From contig CAKPDF010000003.1 of assembly GCA_934148535.1 (NCBI GenBank), forward strand, positions 29,515 through 93,514: a DNA stretch of 64,000 bases. The letters run 5' to 3'. The stretch comes from an uncultured Bacilli bacterium (GTDB lineage: Bacteria > Bacillota_I > Bacilli_A > RF39 > UBA660). Below, in pieces: positions 39,264 through 47,467 of the stretch; position 1 is the first letter of the stretch, and each line of letters starts with the position of its first letter. Both the position numbers and the translations under genes were made by a program. Under the pieces are notes generated by a model. That model made no database searches, was not told the origin of the DNA, and saw only the letters and a list, made by a program, of their open reading frames with translations.

Positions 39264-39929
39264 ATGAGAACAAGAAAACAAGAACTAATAAGTGATGAAC
39301 TAAAACCACTAGTAAGCAAACTAATAAAAGAAAACAGAGTTAAATATAATTACTCCCTAGAAGATTTAGCAAAAGCCCTAAATTACCAAAAAAATAGACA
39401 AACACTACATAAATATGAAACTGGAAAATTAAATATACCATATGATATTTTATTTGAAACATGCAGAATATTTAATATAAGTAATTTAGAATTTCAAAAT
39501 GCTCCAATCACAGAAGAAGAACAAAAAAAATTAGAAAAGAAGATGGTCAAAGAATATGTAACTAGTCTAAGACCAGATAAAAATCTAACTCCTCAAATAG
39601 AAAAAATAATTAACACTTACAAAAATGCTAATTATGATGCCGTAACTAATAGAAGTGAATTATATGTAAAAGTATCAGATGACTCTATGTCTCCAGTATA
39701 CTTAAAAAATGATAGAGTTTATTTTGAAAAAAAAGAAGATTATCAAAATGGTGATGACGTTGTAATAGCAGTTAAAAATAATACTTTATCAATTAGAAGA
39801 CTATATAGATACCCAAAAGGTATAATATTACAAGCTCTAAATCCTAAATATCCAACAATAAATGTTAATGTAGTAGCAAATAACATGATATTAGGATGTG
39901 TTACATCAATATATAGAGAAATGAAATAG
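39264..39929 (+). CDS. XRE-type HTH + S24 (LexA/CI-like) peptidase-domain repressor
   Basis: The N-terminal HTH (YSLEDLAKALNYQKNRQTLHKYETG) and the C-terminal VSDDSMSPVY...GDDVVIAV...LSIRRL align to the LexA GDSM...VKRL. Confidence 0.75.
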   Translation: MRTRKQELISDELKPLVSKLIKENRVKYNYSLEDLAKALNYQKNRQTLHKYETGKLNIPYDILFETCRIFNISNLEFQNAPITEEEQKKLEKKMVKEYVTSLRPDKNLTPQIEKIINTYKNANYDAVTNRSELYVKVSDDSMSPVYLKNDRVYFEKKEDYQNGDDVVIAVKNNTLSIRRLYRYPKGIILQALNPKYPTINVNVVANNMILGCVTSIYREMK

Positions 39930-39958
39930 TTATCCACACTTTTGTTGATAACTATTTT
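39928..39958 (+). terminator. hairpin built from inverted DnaA-box-like 9-mers
   Basis: AGTTATCCACA-cttt-TGTTGATAACT followed by ATTTTT. It contains a perfect TTATCCACA (39930-39938). Confidence 0.55.
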
Positions 39959-39963
39959 TAATA

Positions 39964-39987
39964 TAAAAAAATAACTCTTACGAGTTA
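39964..39987 (-). terminator. hup terminator
   Basis: Minus strand: ATAACTC-gtaa-GAGTTAT followed by TTTTTTT, directly after the stop codon. Confidence 0.65.
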
Positions 39988-40260
39988 TTAGTTTAAAGCG
40001 TCTTTTAATTTAGCTCCAGCCTTAAATCCAGGAACTGTACGAGCAGCAATTTCAACAGCTTCTCCAGTTTGAGGATTACGACCAGTACGTGCTTCTCTTT
40101 CTTTAGCAGTGAAAGTTCCGAATCCAACTAAAGTAACTTTACCTTTAGTCTTTAATCCTTCAGTAACTCCTTCAATCATAGCGTCTAATGCTCTTCCAGC
40201 ATCAGCCTTTGTTAAATCTGCATTTTCAGCAATAAATTCTACTAATTCAGCTTTTGTCAT
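39988..40260 (-). CDS. hup: DNA-binding protein HU
   Basis: [12 protein letters not shown]...GFGTF...[14 protein letters not shown] is the classical HU sequence. Confidence 0.97.
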   Translation of the reverse strand: MTKAELVEFIAENADLTKADAGRALDAMIEGVTEGLKTKGKVTLVGFGTFTAKEREARTGRNPQTGEAVEIAARTVPGFKAGAKLKDALN

Positions 40261-40309
40261 ATTTTTTTACCTCTCAATCTATAATAAGCATCTCTATGCT
40301 TACAACATA

Positions 40310-40338
40310 AAGATACCACGAATAATACTTTAAATCAA
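40310..40338 (-). promoter_or_regulatory. candidate sigmaA promoter of hup
   Basis: Minus strand: TTGATT (40333-40338), a 17-nt spacer and TATCTT (40310-40315). The 5' UTR hairpin AAGCAT-agag-ATGCTT follows. Confidence 0.35.
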
Positions 40339-40471
40339 GACCTTTAAAATAAAAAATAAAGAAAATCACCATTTTTTAACTATGTGTTTTCATTAAAAAA
40401 TATTATTAAAAGTCTAAAAAACTATAAGTAAACAAATTAACTAACAAGATACTAAAATTTTAAAAAAACTA

Positions 40472-40500
40472 TTGCATAGTACAATATTCTATGATACAAT
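40472..40500 (+). promoter_or_regulatory. strong-looking orphan promoter (TTGCAT-17-TGnTACAAT)
   Basis: -35 TTGCAT at 40472-40477 and an extended -10 TGATACAAT at 40492-40500. No ORF of 25 aa or more lies downstream before three + strand terminators. Confidence 0.45.
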
Positions 40501-40901
40501 ATAATTGCTTAGATAGAAAGAGTATGTAAAATAAGTGAATTTTATGAAATGTTTATCATTTCCTATATTCTCTAAATATTATAAATTAATTATTTATTTA
40601 ATATTTTAAATAAAATTAATTAATATAAATAATCATTTAGTTTATATAGTTATTATAAAATATTATTTATTTCATATTAGTTCTTATGGAAGAAAAATCA
40701 TTAGAGATGATTCTTATCTCCACTAAGTAAAGCAATTGTTTTAAGAAAGAAAAACTTATAAGATAAGAAAATTGAACTAGATACTGATAATATCTAAATA
40801 ATTTAATCAATTTTTACTCATCAAGTTATTATATCCAAACGATAATATATTTAAATAATATATTATGATTAGGGTTTGATATAATGACTTGTAATATAAA
40901 G

Positions 40902-41022
40902 ATTGATTAAAATCAATTTTTTTCAAAACTCGGACCAGTTAGTTTTATCAGAACTAATTGGTTTTTGTGTATAATAATATATAATAATAAGAGATATCAA
41001 CACATTTGTGGATATCTCTTTT
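40902..41022 (+). terminator. three consecutive + strand hairpin/T-run terminators
   Basis: The hairpins span 40902-40923 (ATTGATT/AATCAAT + T7), 40935-40967 (ACCAGTTAGTT/AACTAATTGGT + T4) and 40991-41022 (GAGATATCAACA/TGTGGATATCTC + T4). The last also serves spoIVA on the opposite strand. Confidence 0.5.
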
Positions 41023-41026
41023 ATAA

Positions 41027-42493
41027 TTATAAAACTATTGCAATCATGTTATTAGAGCCTTTATTAATTACCTTAGTTAAAGTTTGACCAAGTTTATATC
41101 TGATATTATCAGGCATCATAGATAATTTAGCTTGTATTCCCTCTTGAACAATAACATCTAAACTTCTACCAAATATTTCACTCTTCCAAATATCATTATT
41201 ATCATCCTTAGTAAGATAATCGATAAGTTCCTTGCTCTGAAGTTCACTACCAATAATAGGTTCAAAAGTAGATTCAACTTCGACTTTAATCATATGTATA
41301 GAAGGAGCTTTAGCTTTCAATTTAACACCATACCTAGAACCTTGTTTAATTATCTCTGGCGTTTCTAACTTCATATCTGCTAAAGTAGGAGTAGCAATAC
41401 CATATCCAGTCTGTTTAACCATTTTCAAAGCACCCTTAATTTGATCATATTCCTGTTTTGTTTCATTAAACTCTTGGAATAACGCTAACATTTTAGCACG
41501 TGATCCAATATCTGTCCCAATTACTTCATTAAGAATCTGATTATATAACCCATTAGGAGCTTCTAATTGAATAGTAACCTCACCCAAAGATGCATCAACA
41601 TTTGATATGTATGCCTTAGAAATAACTTCACAATTTCTAAATCCTTCCGTAATACTATCTATATCCTTTAATTTATTAACCTCTACTACACTCTCTTTAA
41701 TCTTACTAATATATTCTTTTTTCAAATAATGATTAGGACTTAAAATAGTAATCCATTCAGGCATATTAACTTTAACCTCTTCGATAGGAAATTCATATAA
41801 AGCTTCCTTTAAAATTCCATACATATCTCTTTCTTGCATATTTTCAACACTAATAGGAATAACAGGAACCCCATACTTTTCTTTTAAATTAGAAGCCAAC
41901 TTTTCAGTTTCAGGAAGCATAGGATGAACAGAATTTAAAATAACAATAAAAGGTTTATTAATACTCTTTAATTCTTCAATTACACTTTCCTCAGCACTGA
42001 CATAATCAGATCTATCAAATTCTCCAATAGAACCATCAGTAGTCATCACAATTCCTATAGTAGAATGATCACGAATAACCTTTTCAGTACCAATTTCCGC
42101 AGCTTCAACAAAAGGAATAGCCTCTGAAAACCATGGAGTCATAACTAATCTAGGACCATTTTCATCTTCATATCCTTTAGCAGAATCTATAACATACCCA
42201 ACACAATCAATCATCCTTATATTAGCGCTAAAATCATCTATTTGAATTTTAGCAGCAGTAGCAGGAATAAATTTAGGCTCAGTAGTCATAATAGTCTTAC
42301 CACCAGCAGATTGAGGAAGTTCATCTAATGCCCTTTTTCTTTCAGATTCATCACTTATATTTGGGATAACTAAACTCTCCATAAATTTCTTAATAAAAGT
42401 ACTCTTACCACATCTCACAGCGCCTACTACCCCTAAATATATATCACCACCACATCTAGAAGCAATACTCTTCATAACGTCTATTTTTTCCAT
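41027..42493 (-). CDS. spoIVA: stage IV sporulation protein A (spore coat basement-layer ATPase)
   Basis: IYLGVVGAVRCGKSTFIKKFME Walker A, plus full-length similarity to the remembered SpoIVA pattern (LPQSAGGKTIMTTEPKF). Confidence 0.93.
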   Translation of the reverse strand: MEKIDVMKSIASRCGGDIYLGVVGAVRCGKSTFIKKFMESLVIPNISDESERKRALDELPQSAGGKTIMTTEPKFIPATAAKIQIDDFSANIRMIDCVGYVIDSAKGYEDENGPRLVMTPWFSEAIPFVEAAEIGTEKVIRDHSTIGIVMTTDGSIGEFDRSDYVSAEESVIEELKSINKPFIVILNSVHPMLPETEKLASNLKEKYGVPVIPISVENMQERDMYGILKEALYEFPIEEVKVNMPEWITILSPNHYLKKEYISKIKESVVEVNKLKDIDSITEGFRNCEVISKAYISNVDASLGEVTIQLEAPNGLYNQILNEVIGTDIGSRAKMLALFQEFNETKQEYDQIKGALKMVKQTGYGIATPTLADMKLETPEIIKQGSRYGVKLKAKAPSIHMIKVEVESTFEPIIGSELQSKELIDYLTKDDNNDIWKSEIFGRSLDVIVQEGIQAKLSMMPDNIRYKLGQTLTKVINKGSNNMIAIVL

Positions 42494-42518
42494 AATAACC
42501 TCACTCTCTATTCATTAA

Positions 42519-42546
42519 ATACTATGTAATCGCTAATTTAATATTA
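42519..42546 (-). promoter_or_regulatory. candidate sigmaE-type promoter of spoIVA
   Basis: Minus strand: AATATT, 13 nt, then CATAGTAT, compared with the remembered sigmaE consensus (ATATT...CATACA-T). The -10 lies ~25 nt upstream of the ATG. Confidence 0.3.
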
Positions 42547-42673
42547 CTAAATAAGATAATATTTTTATAACTATTTAATCATTAGACTTACAATACATCA
42601 TACTAATTTTATGACTTACTAATATAAAAATATCTCCAAATAGCGCTAAAAAAATAACCTTATTAAAATCATC

Positions 42674-42735
42674 AGCTAAAATGTAAAATAAAAATGAGCC
42701 AAAATGTAAAATGAAATTCAGCCAAAATGTAAAAT
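42674..42735 (+). repeat. three direct repeats AGCyAAAATGTAAAAT at 23-bp period
   Basis: The copies start at 42674, 42697 and 42720, about 180-240 bp upstream of spoIVA. Confidence 0.8.
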
Positions 42736-42962
42736 AATATATTAACAAAATTAAAAGAGTATTCTTAATGGTACTAAAATAGTGCAAATAACTCATATAA
42801 ACGAGATGACAGAATATATGTAGTATCAATTGGAAATTTAAAAAATTAGTTGTAAATTAATAAAATAAAATATAATATAAGACTCTTAAGTTATATCGAA
42901 TCAAGCACTTTATATGCAAATGTTCTAATCGTATGTTAAGTACGAGATTCCTTAGGCAGAAA

Positions 42963-42987
42963 AGTAATCCAAAAGGGTTACTTTTTT
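42963..42987 (+). terminator. + strand terminator with no upstream gene
   Basis: AGTAATCC-aaaa-GGGTTACT (one G-U pair) followed by TTTTTT. Confidence 0.5.
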
Positions 42988-42994
42988 CATATAG

Positions 42995-43018
42995 AAAAAA
43001 CCTCAGATTAACTGGGGT
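42995..43018 (-). terminator. terminator of the flavodoxin gene
   Basis: Minus strand: ACCCCAG-ttaat-CTGAGGT followed by TTTTTT. Confidence 0.55.
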
Positions 43019-43083
43019 TCGATTTATCTTAACATAATAATCCTTTCAAAATAAAATCTCTTTTATATACTACTAATTACTTC

Positions 43084-43584
43084 CTAAATCCATTGCTTTA
43101 ATTCATCATCACATAAACTAGCCTTACAGCCTCTAATAGCAAGCCCATCTTTTATGATAGCGCCTTTACATAACTTATTAACATCACTAATAACACTACC
43201 TAAACCAGATCCTTCATGAGTAGAAAAAGGTTTAACTATCTTACCATTAAAATCTATTTTTTCTAATAAAGTAAACATAGCCATTGGATAATGTCCCCAC
43301 CAAACAGGCCCACCAATATAAATAGTATCATACTCATCAATATTATCAAGAACATTTTTAATCATAGGTCTTGCATCATTATTAAGTTCCTCTTTAGCAA
43401 CATCACAGCACTCCCTATATCCGAATGGATAATCATTAACAGGGATAACCTTAAACATATCAGCTCCAGTTAAATCCCTTATCTTTTCAGCAACAATTTC
43501 AGTATTTCCCTTATCAATATTTCTAATACCATTTTCCATATAATTTTCTCCAGTATGAGAAAAATAAATAACTAAACTTTTCAT
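43084..43584 (-). CDS. flavodoxin-family protein
   Basis: MKSLVIYFSHTGEN..., YIGGPVWWGHYP and THEGSGLG. Confidence 0.8.
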   Translation of the reverse strand: MKSLVIYFSHTGENYMENGIRNIDKGNTEIVAEKIRDLTGADMFKVIPVNDYPFGYRECCDVAKEELNNDARPMIKNVLDNIDEYDTIYIGGPVWWGHYPMAMFTLLEKIDFNGKIVKPFSTHEGSGLGSVISDVNKLCKGAIIKDGLAIRGCKASLCDDELKQWI

Positions 43585-43665
43585 AATCTTATCCTCTTTT
43601 CTAAATATAAAATAAAAATAAATGTTGATAATTTGTTTAATTCTTTAAAACTAGATACATTCTAT

Positions 43666-44397
43666 TTATTTTTCATCTTTAATCTTAATATAATTAATAG
43701 TCCAATCTTCACCAAGTATATTTTTTTCAGTTACAGTTTTAGTTACTACAATTTTACCTATATTTTTTAAATAATCAATTCTACTTTTATAACATACATC
43801 CATATCAAAATTTAAAAAATGAGTTACCATACAGTTTACGACCAAAGACCATTCTTTCATTTCTCCTAAAGAAGATAATTTATTAAGAATTGCATTATCA
43901 AAAAACTCATAAGATTCACTTATTATTTCATTGTTATTTAAAAATCGTACTTCTGAATTTTCATCATAAATTTTATTCCACTTTAAAATATATTCTTGTA
44001 TTTCTTCTTTTGTTAAAGTTTTACTTTCCTTAACTAAATCTTTTATCTCCTCATCTGCATAACCCGAAACACCAGTTCTTTGATAGCCATCAACAACTTC
44101 AATATTCTTATCACTACATAAATAAACTACATACATCATTGATAAATATTCCTCATTAACATTACTCGCATACCATATTCTAATATTTTCATAATCTTTA
44201 ATTTTATTTTTTAATTTACTTATTTCACTCGGAACATTTGCTTCCATATCACCAATAATTCTTTTTATTTGATGTTCAAAGTCATCAAGTTTTCCCATAG
44301 ATAAAAGAAATGTTAAACTCAAAATATCATCTTTATTAAATAAATTACTCCTTTCTAATAATAATTTTTCTGAATCACTAAAAACTATTTCTAACAT
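43666..44397 (-). CDS. DUF1835-like protein
   Basis: The N-terminus MLEIVFSDSEK resembles the MLHI.FG.SA.G start of DUF1835 proteins. No catalytic motif was recognised. Confidence 0.4.
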   Translation of the reverse strand: MLEIVFSDSEKLLLERSNLFNKDDILSLTFLLSMGKLDDFEHQIKRIIGDMEANVPSEISKLKNKIKDYENIRIWYASNVNEEYLSMMYVVYLCSDKNIEVVDGYQRTGVSGYADEEIKDLVKESKTLTKEEIQEYILKWNKIYDENSEVRFLNNNEIISESYEFFDNAILNKLSSLGEMKEWSLVVNCMVTHFLNFDMDVCYKSRIDYLKNIGKIVVTKTVTEKNILGEDWTINYIKIKDEK

Positions 44398-44492
44398 TTT
44401 ACATTCACCTCAAAAACATTATATCATCAAAAAAAGATATTATAAATACTTCTTTTGAAACGTCAATTCCAAGTTTCTCTTTTCTATCTATA

Positions 44493-44717
44493 TTATAAAC
44501 TATCTATCCATCTTGAAATTTCATTATCACTAGTAATAAGTCTATTACTCTTATAATCAGTATCAAATACAATATTCATTCCATCATCAACCATACCAGA
44601 AGAACACATCTTTTTCATATCATTAAAAGTATGACCTAACCATCCTGCGTTAGTAGCAAACAATCTAATCTCTTTGCCACTTAAATCATTCATTTTATTA
44701 TATATTTCTTTCATCAC
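44493..44717 (-). CDS. hypothetical protein (74 aa)
   Basis: An ORF on the local coding strand with plausible composition. No family was recognised. Confidence 0.4.
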   Translation of the reverse strand: MMKEIYNKMNDLSGKEIRLFATNAGWLGHTFNDMKKMCSSGMVDDGMNIVFDTDYKSNRLITSDNEISRWIDSL

Positions 44718-44735
44718 ACTATTTTTTAAATTTTA

Positions 44736-45137
44736 TTATTCTATTTCATTAATAGATAATTTTACTGTATTAAAAAACGAACTTTGCTTTAATAGTATAT
44801 TTGTGTTTTTTCTTATTGTTAATTCGTTCGAAACAGCAAAAGGATATATTTTTGTATCATAAAAATTAAAATTAATTGCAAAAATATTTGTTTGATTACT
44901 TTGAGAGGTTAATTTAATTGTTTCTCCATTCTTAATTGGATATATTGGAATTTGGCTAATTATAGTATTATATTTTTTAAAAATGTATTCCTTTTCAGAA
45001 GTATCTTTGCAATTATTAATTTCAATATTTAAATTTTTAATTAGTTCAATTAGTTTTTCTTTTTCATAGTCAACTACTATACCAAAAGGAACTAAAATGC
45101 TTGCAAACTGTTTTTTTCTATAAACATTTATTTCCAT
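44736..45137 (-). CDS. hypothetical protein (133 aa)
   Basis: An ORF with an AGGAGGAAAAT RBS before the ATG. No family was recognised. Confidence 0.5.
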   Translation of the reverse strand: MEINVYRKKQFASILVPFGIVVDYEKEKLIELIKNLNIEINNCKDTSEKEYIFKKYNTIISQIPIYPIKNGETIKLTSQSNQTNIFAINFNFYDTKIYPFAVSNELTIRKNTNILLKQSSFFNTVKLSINEIE

Positions 45138-45197
45138 ATTTTCCTCCTATACTATTATCAACTATATTTTGTTATATTTTTTGTAATTATTTTCTTC

Positions 45198-45656
45198 TTA
45201 ACCTAAATGCTTTGTTATTTCTTGTATCATTTCCAATATAAGGTCTTTTTCTTGAGCGCAAATAATTCCTTTTTCCCTATACGCTTTGTCCATAGTATCA
45301 AATTCTTTTGTAGATATACCAAGTTCTCTACAGTCTGACATTATATTACCAGAATATTCGTCAGCTATAAACTCCCAAAAATTAAATAATGATTCTAAAA
45401 TATCTTCTATTACTATATCAGGTTTATTTAATCTGCCTATAATATTATTTTTTAATATTTTTCTTCTTGAATTCATAATGAAATTTTCGTCTCTTTCAAA
45501 ATTATAAATTGAAATTTCATTTTCTAAAAATAAAAGTAAGTCTTTTATTTCTTGTATTGTCATCGACTTTGACCATAATTTGTTACTATCTACTGAATTT
45601 ATAAAATCAGTTCTCTTTAAATAGTTTTTTTTCTTAAATCCAAACATATTTATCAT
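45198..45656 (-). CDS. hypothetical protein (152 aa)
   Basis: An ORF on the local coding strand. No family was recognised. Confidence 0.45.
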   Translation of the reverse strand: MINMFGFKKKNYLKRTDFINSVDSNKLWSKSMTIQEIKDLLLFLENEISIYNFERDENFIMNSRRKILKNNIIGRLNKPDIVIEDILESLFNFWEFIADEYSGNIMSDCRELGISTKEFDTMDKAYREKGIICAQEKDLILEMIQEITKHLG

Positions 45657-45717
45657 TCACCCTAAATAAATTATAAACTATTTTTCAAAAAAATGATACA
45701 TTAACAAAAAAATATTG

Positions 45718-45870
45718 TTAATTTTTATTTAATTTTAAAATTAATCCATCAATAAGTTCTGTATAGATACCTTGTTTTAATTTATCATTTTTAAATTGTA
45801 TTAAGGCATTTAAAATTATGTTAGTTTCTATATCTTTAATAGGTAGTTTTATTTTTTTCGTTATAACCAC
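45718..45870 (-). CDS. possible 50-aa ORF or gene remnant (GTG start)
   Basis: Minus-strand frame: VVITKKIKLPIKDIETNIILNALIQFKNDKLKQGIYTELIDGLILKLNKN. It looks protein-like, but the RBS spacing to the GTG is poor. Confidence 0.2.
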   Translation of the reverse strand: MVITKKIKLPIKDIETNIILNALIQFKNDKLKQGIYTELIDGLILKLNKN

Positions 45871-45979
45871 ACTTCCTCTGTTTGTTATCTATATTATATA
45901 GGAATATGGTTAATAAGTTAATTATGCGATTAGTTTATGAAGGATTTAATGAATAAAAAATAGTTAATAGTCGTTTTTA

Positions 45980-46270
45980 TTAAGCATTTATGGGGTTCCC
46001 ATATCGCATTGTACCCCACCAAACAGGACTACCAATAATAATCTCATCATAATTATCTAAATTAATACCTATATCTTGAATTTCAATAATCTTATCAGCG
46101 CTATTACTATTTTGTTCCTCATCAACAACTTTTTGATAATCATCACTATATGCTATCTTAGGTTTTAATTCCAAAGTGTCACAATTTAATCTTTCTGAAA
46201 TTTTCGTAGCAATCATTTTAGCATGACCAGTATAAGAATAAAATACAACTAATTTTCTTTTATTATTCAT
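45980..46270 (-). pseudogene. C-terminally truncated flavodoxin paralog
   Basis: MNNKRKLVVFYSYTGHA...IIGSPVWWG then stops 10 codons later. The intact paralog at 43084-43584 continues ~70 aa past PVWWG. The start overlaps the merR stop. Confidence 0.55.
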
Positions 46271-46652
46271 AAACATCCTCCGTAAAATTTTTTCTTTTAC
46301 CACTTAATATCTCATCATAAATATTAATCTTGTAATCTAATCTATCTATAGTAGAATTAATATTATCTAATTTCTCTTGTAGCTTTTCTCTTTGTTCTAC
46401 AAGTAAATTTCTTCTAGCAAGAGCAGTTTCTTTTCCACTCTCAAATAAATTCATATATTCTATTAATATTTCTATTTCTACACCAGCACTACGCATACAT
46501 TTAATAAATTCTATCCTTTTACAAGATTCATCATCATAATTTATAATTCCATTTTTATTCCTAGGAACATTTTTAATAAGGCCTATTCTTTCATAATATC
46601 TTAAAGTATCAGCACTTATATCATATTTTTTAGAAACTTCTGCTATAGTCAT
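46263..46652 (-). CDS. MerR-family transcriptional regulator
   Basis: MTIAEVSKKYDISADTLRYYERIGL HTH, followed by a coiled-coil C-terminus. Confidence 0.9.
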   Translation of the reverse strand: MTIAEVSKKYDISADTLRYYERIGLIKNVPRNKNGIINYDDESCKRIEFIKCMRSAGVEIEILIEYMNLFESGKETALARRNLLVEQREKLQEKLDNINSTIDRLDYKINIYDEILSGKRKNFTEDVYE

Positions 46653-46656
46653 AATA

Positions 46657-47400
46657 TCACTTTCCTAACTTATTATATTCACTATCACTAACAGGTTCTA
46701 ACCAAACATTAGATGTATTTTCACCAGGAACTTCAATTGCTAAGTGACTAAACCAACTATCCTTGCTAGCGCCATGCCAATGTTTAACATTAGGTTTAAT
46801 TACCACAACATCGCCCTCTTTCAAACTAACAGGTTCACATCCTTCTTCCTGATACCAACCATGTCCTGCAACTACTATTAAAATCTGTCCACCATCTTTA
46901 GAAGATTTATGAATATGCCAATTATTTCTACATCCTAGTTCAAAAGTAACATTAGCAATAAATACACTAGAGTCACTACCAGTCAAAGGATTTAGATAAG
47001 ATTTTCCAATAAAATATTTAGAATATTTTACATTTTCCTCACCTAATCCAAACATACCCCCTCTTAAATCATTAGAGATATCATCTTGATATACCTCTTT
47101 AGCCATATTGAATGCAGCCCAAGCATTAGGCCATCCACAATAAAATGCTAAATGAGTAATCATCTCAGAGATTTCTTCCCTAGTTATTCCATTCTTCTTT
47201 CCTTCCAACAAATGATACTTTAAAGAACTATCAACTATCCCCTTTCCAATAAGAGCAGAAATAGTTATCATACTTCTATTCTTTAAAGATAACTTATCTT
47301 CTCTAGACCAAACACTTCCAAATAAAACATCATCATTTAATTCTGCAAACTTTGGAGCAAATTCTCCTAGACTATCTCGTCCTGCAGTTTGTTTAACCAT
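46657..47400 (-). CDS. carboxymuconolactone decarboxylase (AhpD-like) / cupin fusion protein
   Basis: The N-terminal CMD pattern (LSLKNRSMITISAL...THLAFYCGWP) is joined to a C-terminal cupin (NNWHIH...GGQILIVVAGHG...HWHGA). Confidence 0.75.
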   Translation of the reverse strand: MVKQTAGRDSLGEFAPKFAELNDDVLFGSVWSREDKLSLKNRSMITISALIGKGIVDSSLKYHLLEGKKNGITREEISEMITHLAFYCGWPNAWAAFNMAKEVYQDDISNDLRGGMFGLGEENVKYSKYFIGKSYLNPLTGSDSSVFIANVTFELGCRNNWHIHKSSKDGGQILIVVAGHGWYQEEGCEPVSLKEGDVVVIKPNVKHWHGASKDSWFSHLAIEVPGENTSNVWLEPVSDSEYNKLGK

Positions 47401-47436
47401 AATTTATTCCACCTTTCTTTCTTAAACCTAACTATA

Positions 47437-47467
47437 TTAATATCACTTAGAGTTTACTCAAAGTCAA
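47437..47467 (-). promoter_or_regulatory. MerR-type promoter/operator (19-bp spacer with inverted repeat)
   Basis: Minus strand: TTGACT (47462-47467), a 19-nt spacer and TATTAA (47437-42). The spacer holds the 7/8 inverted repeat CTTAGAGT-tt-ACTCAAAG (47446-47463). The over-long spacer is the classic MerR architecture. Confidence 0.6.

Noticed and set aside
39988-40260. The visibly higher G+C of hup as a sign of horizontal transfer
   Set aside because: HU is a highly expressed, highly conserved core gene rich in Gly/Ala/Arg codons. The composition is explained by amino-acid content and codon bias.
42575-42829. 84-aa ORF upstream of spoIVA
   Set aside because: It has no RBS and a hydrophobic, repetitive translation caused by the three 23-bp DNA repeats. 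It more plausibly reflects regulatory DNA.
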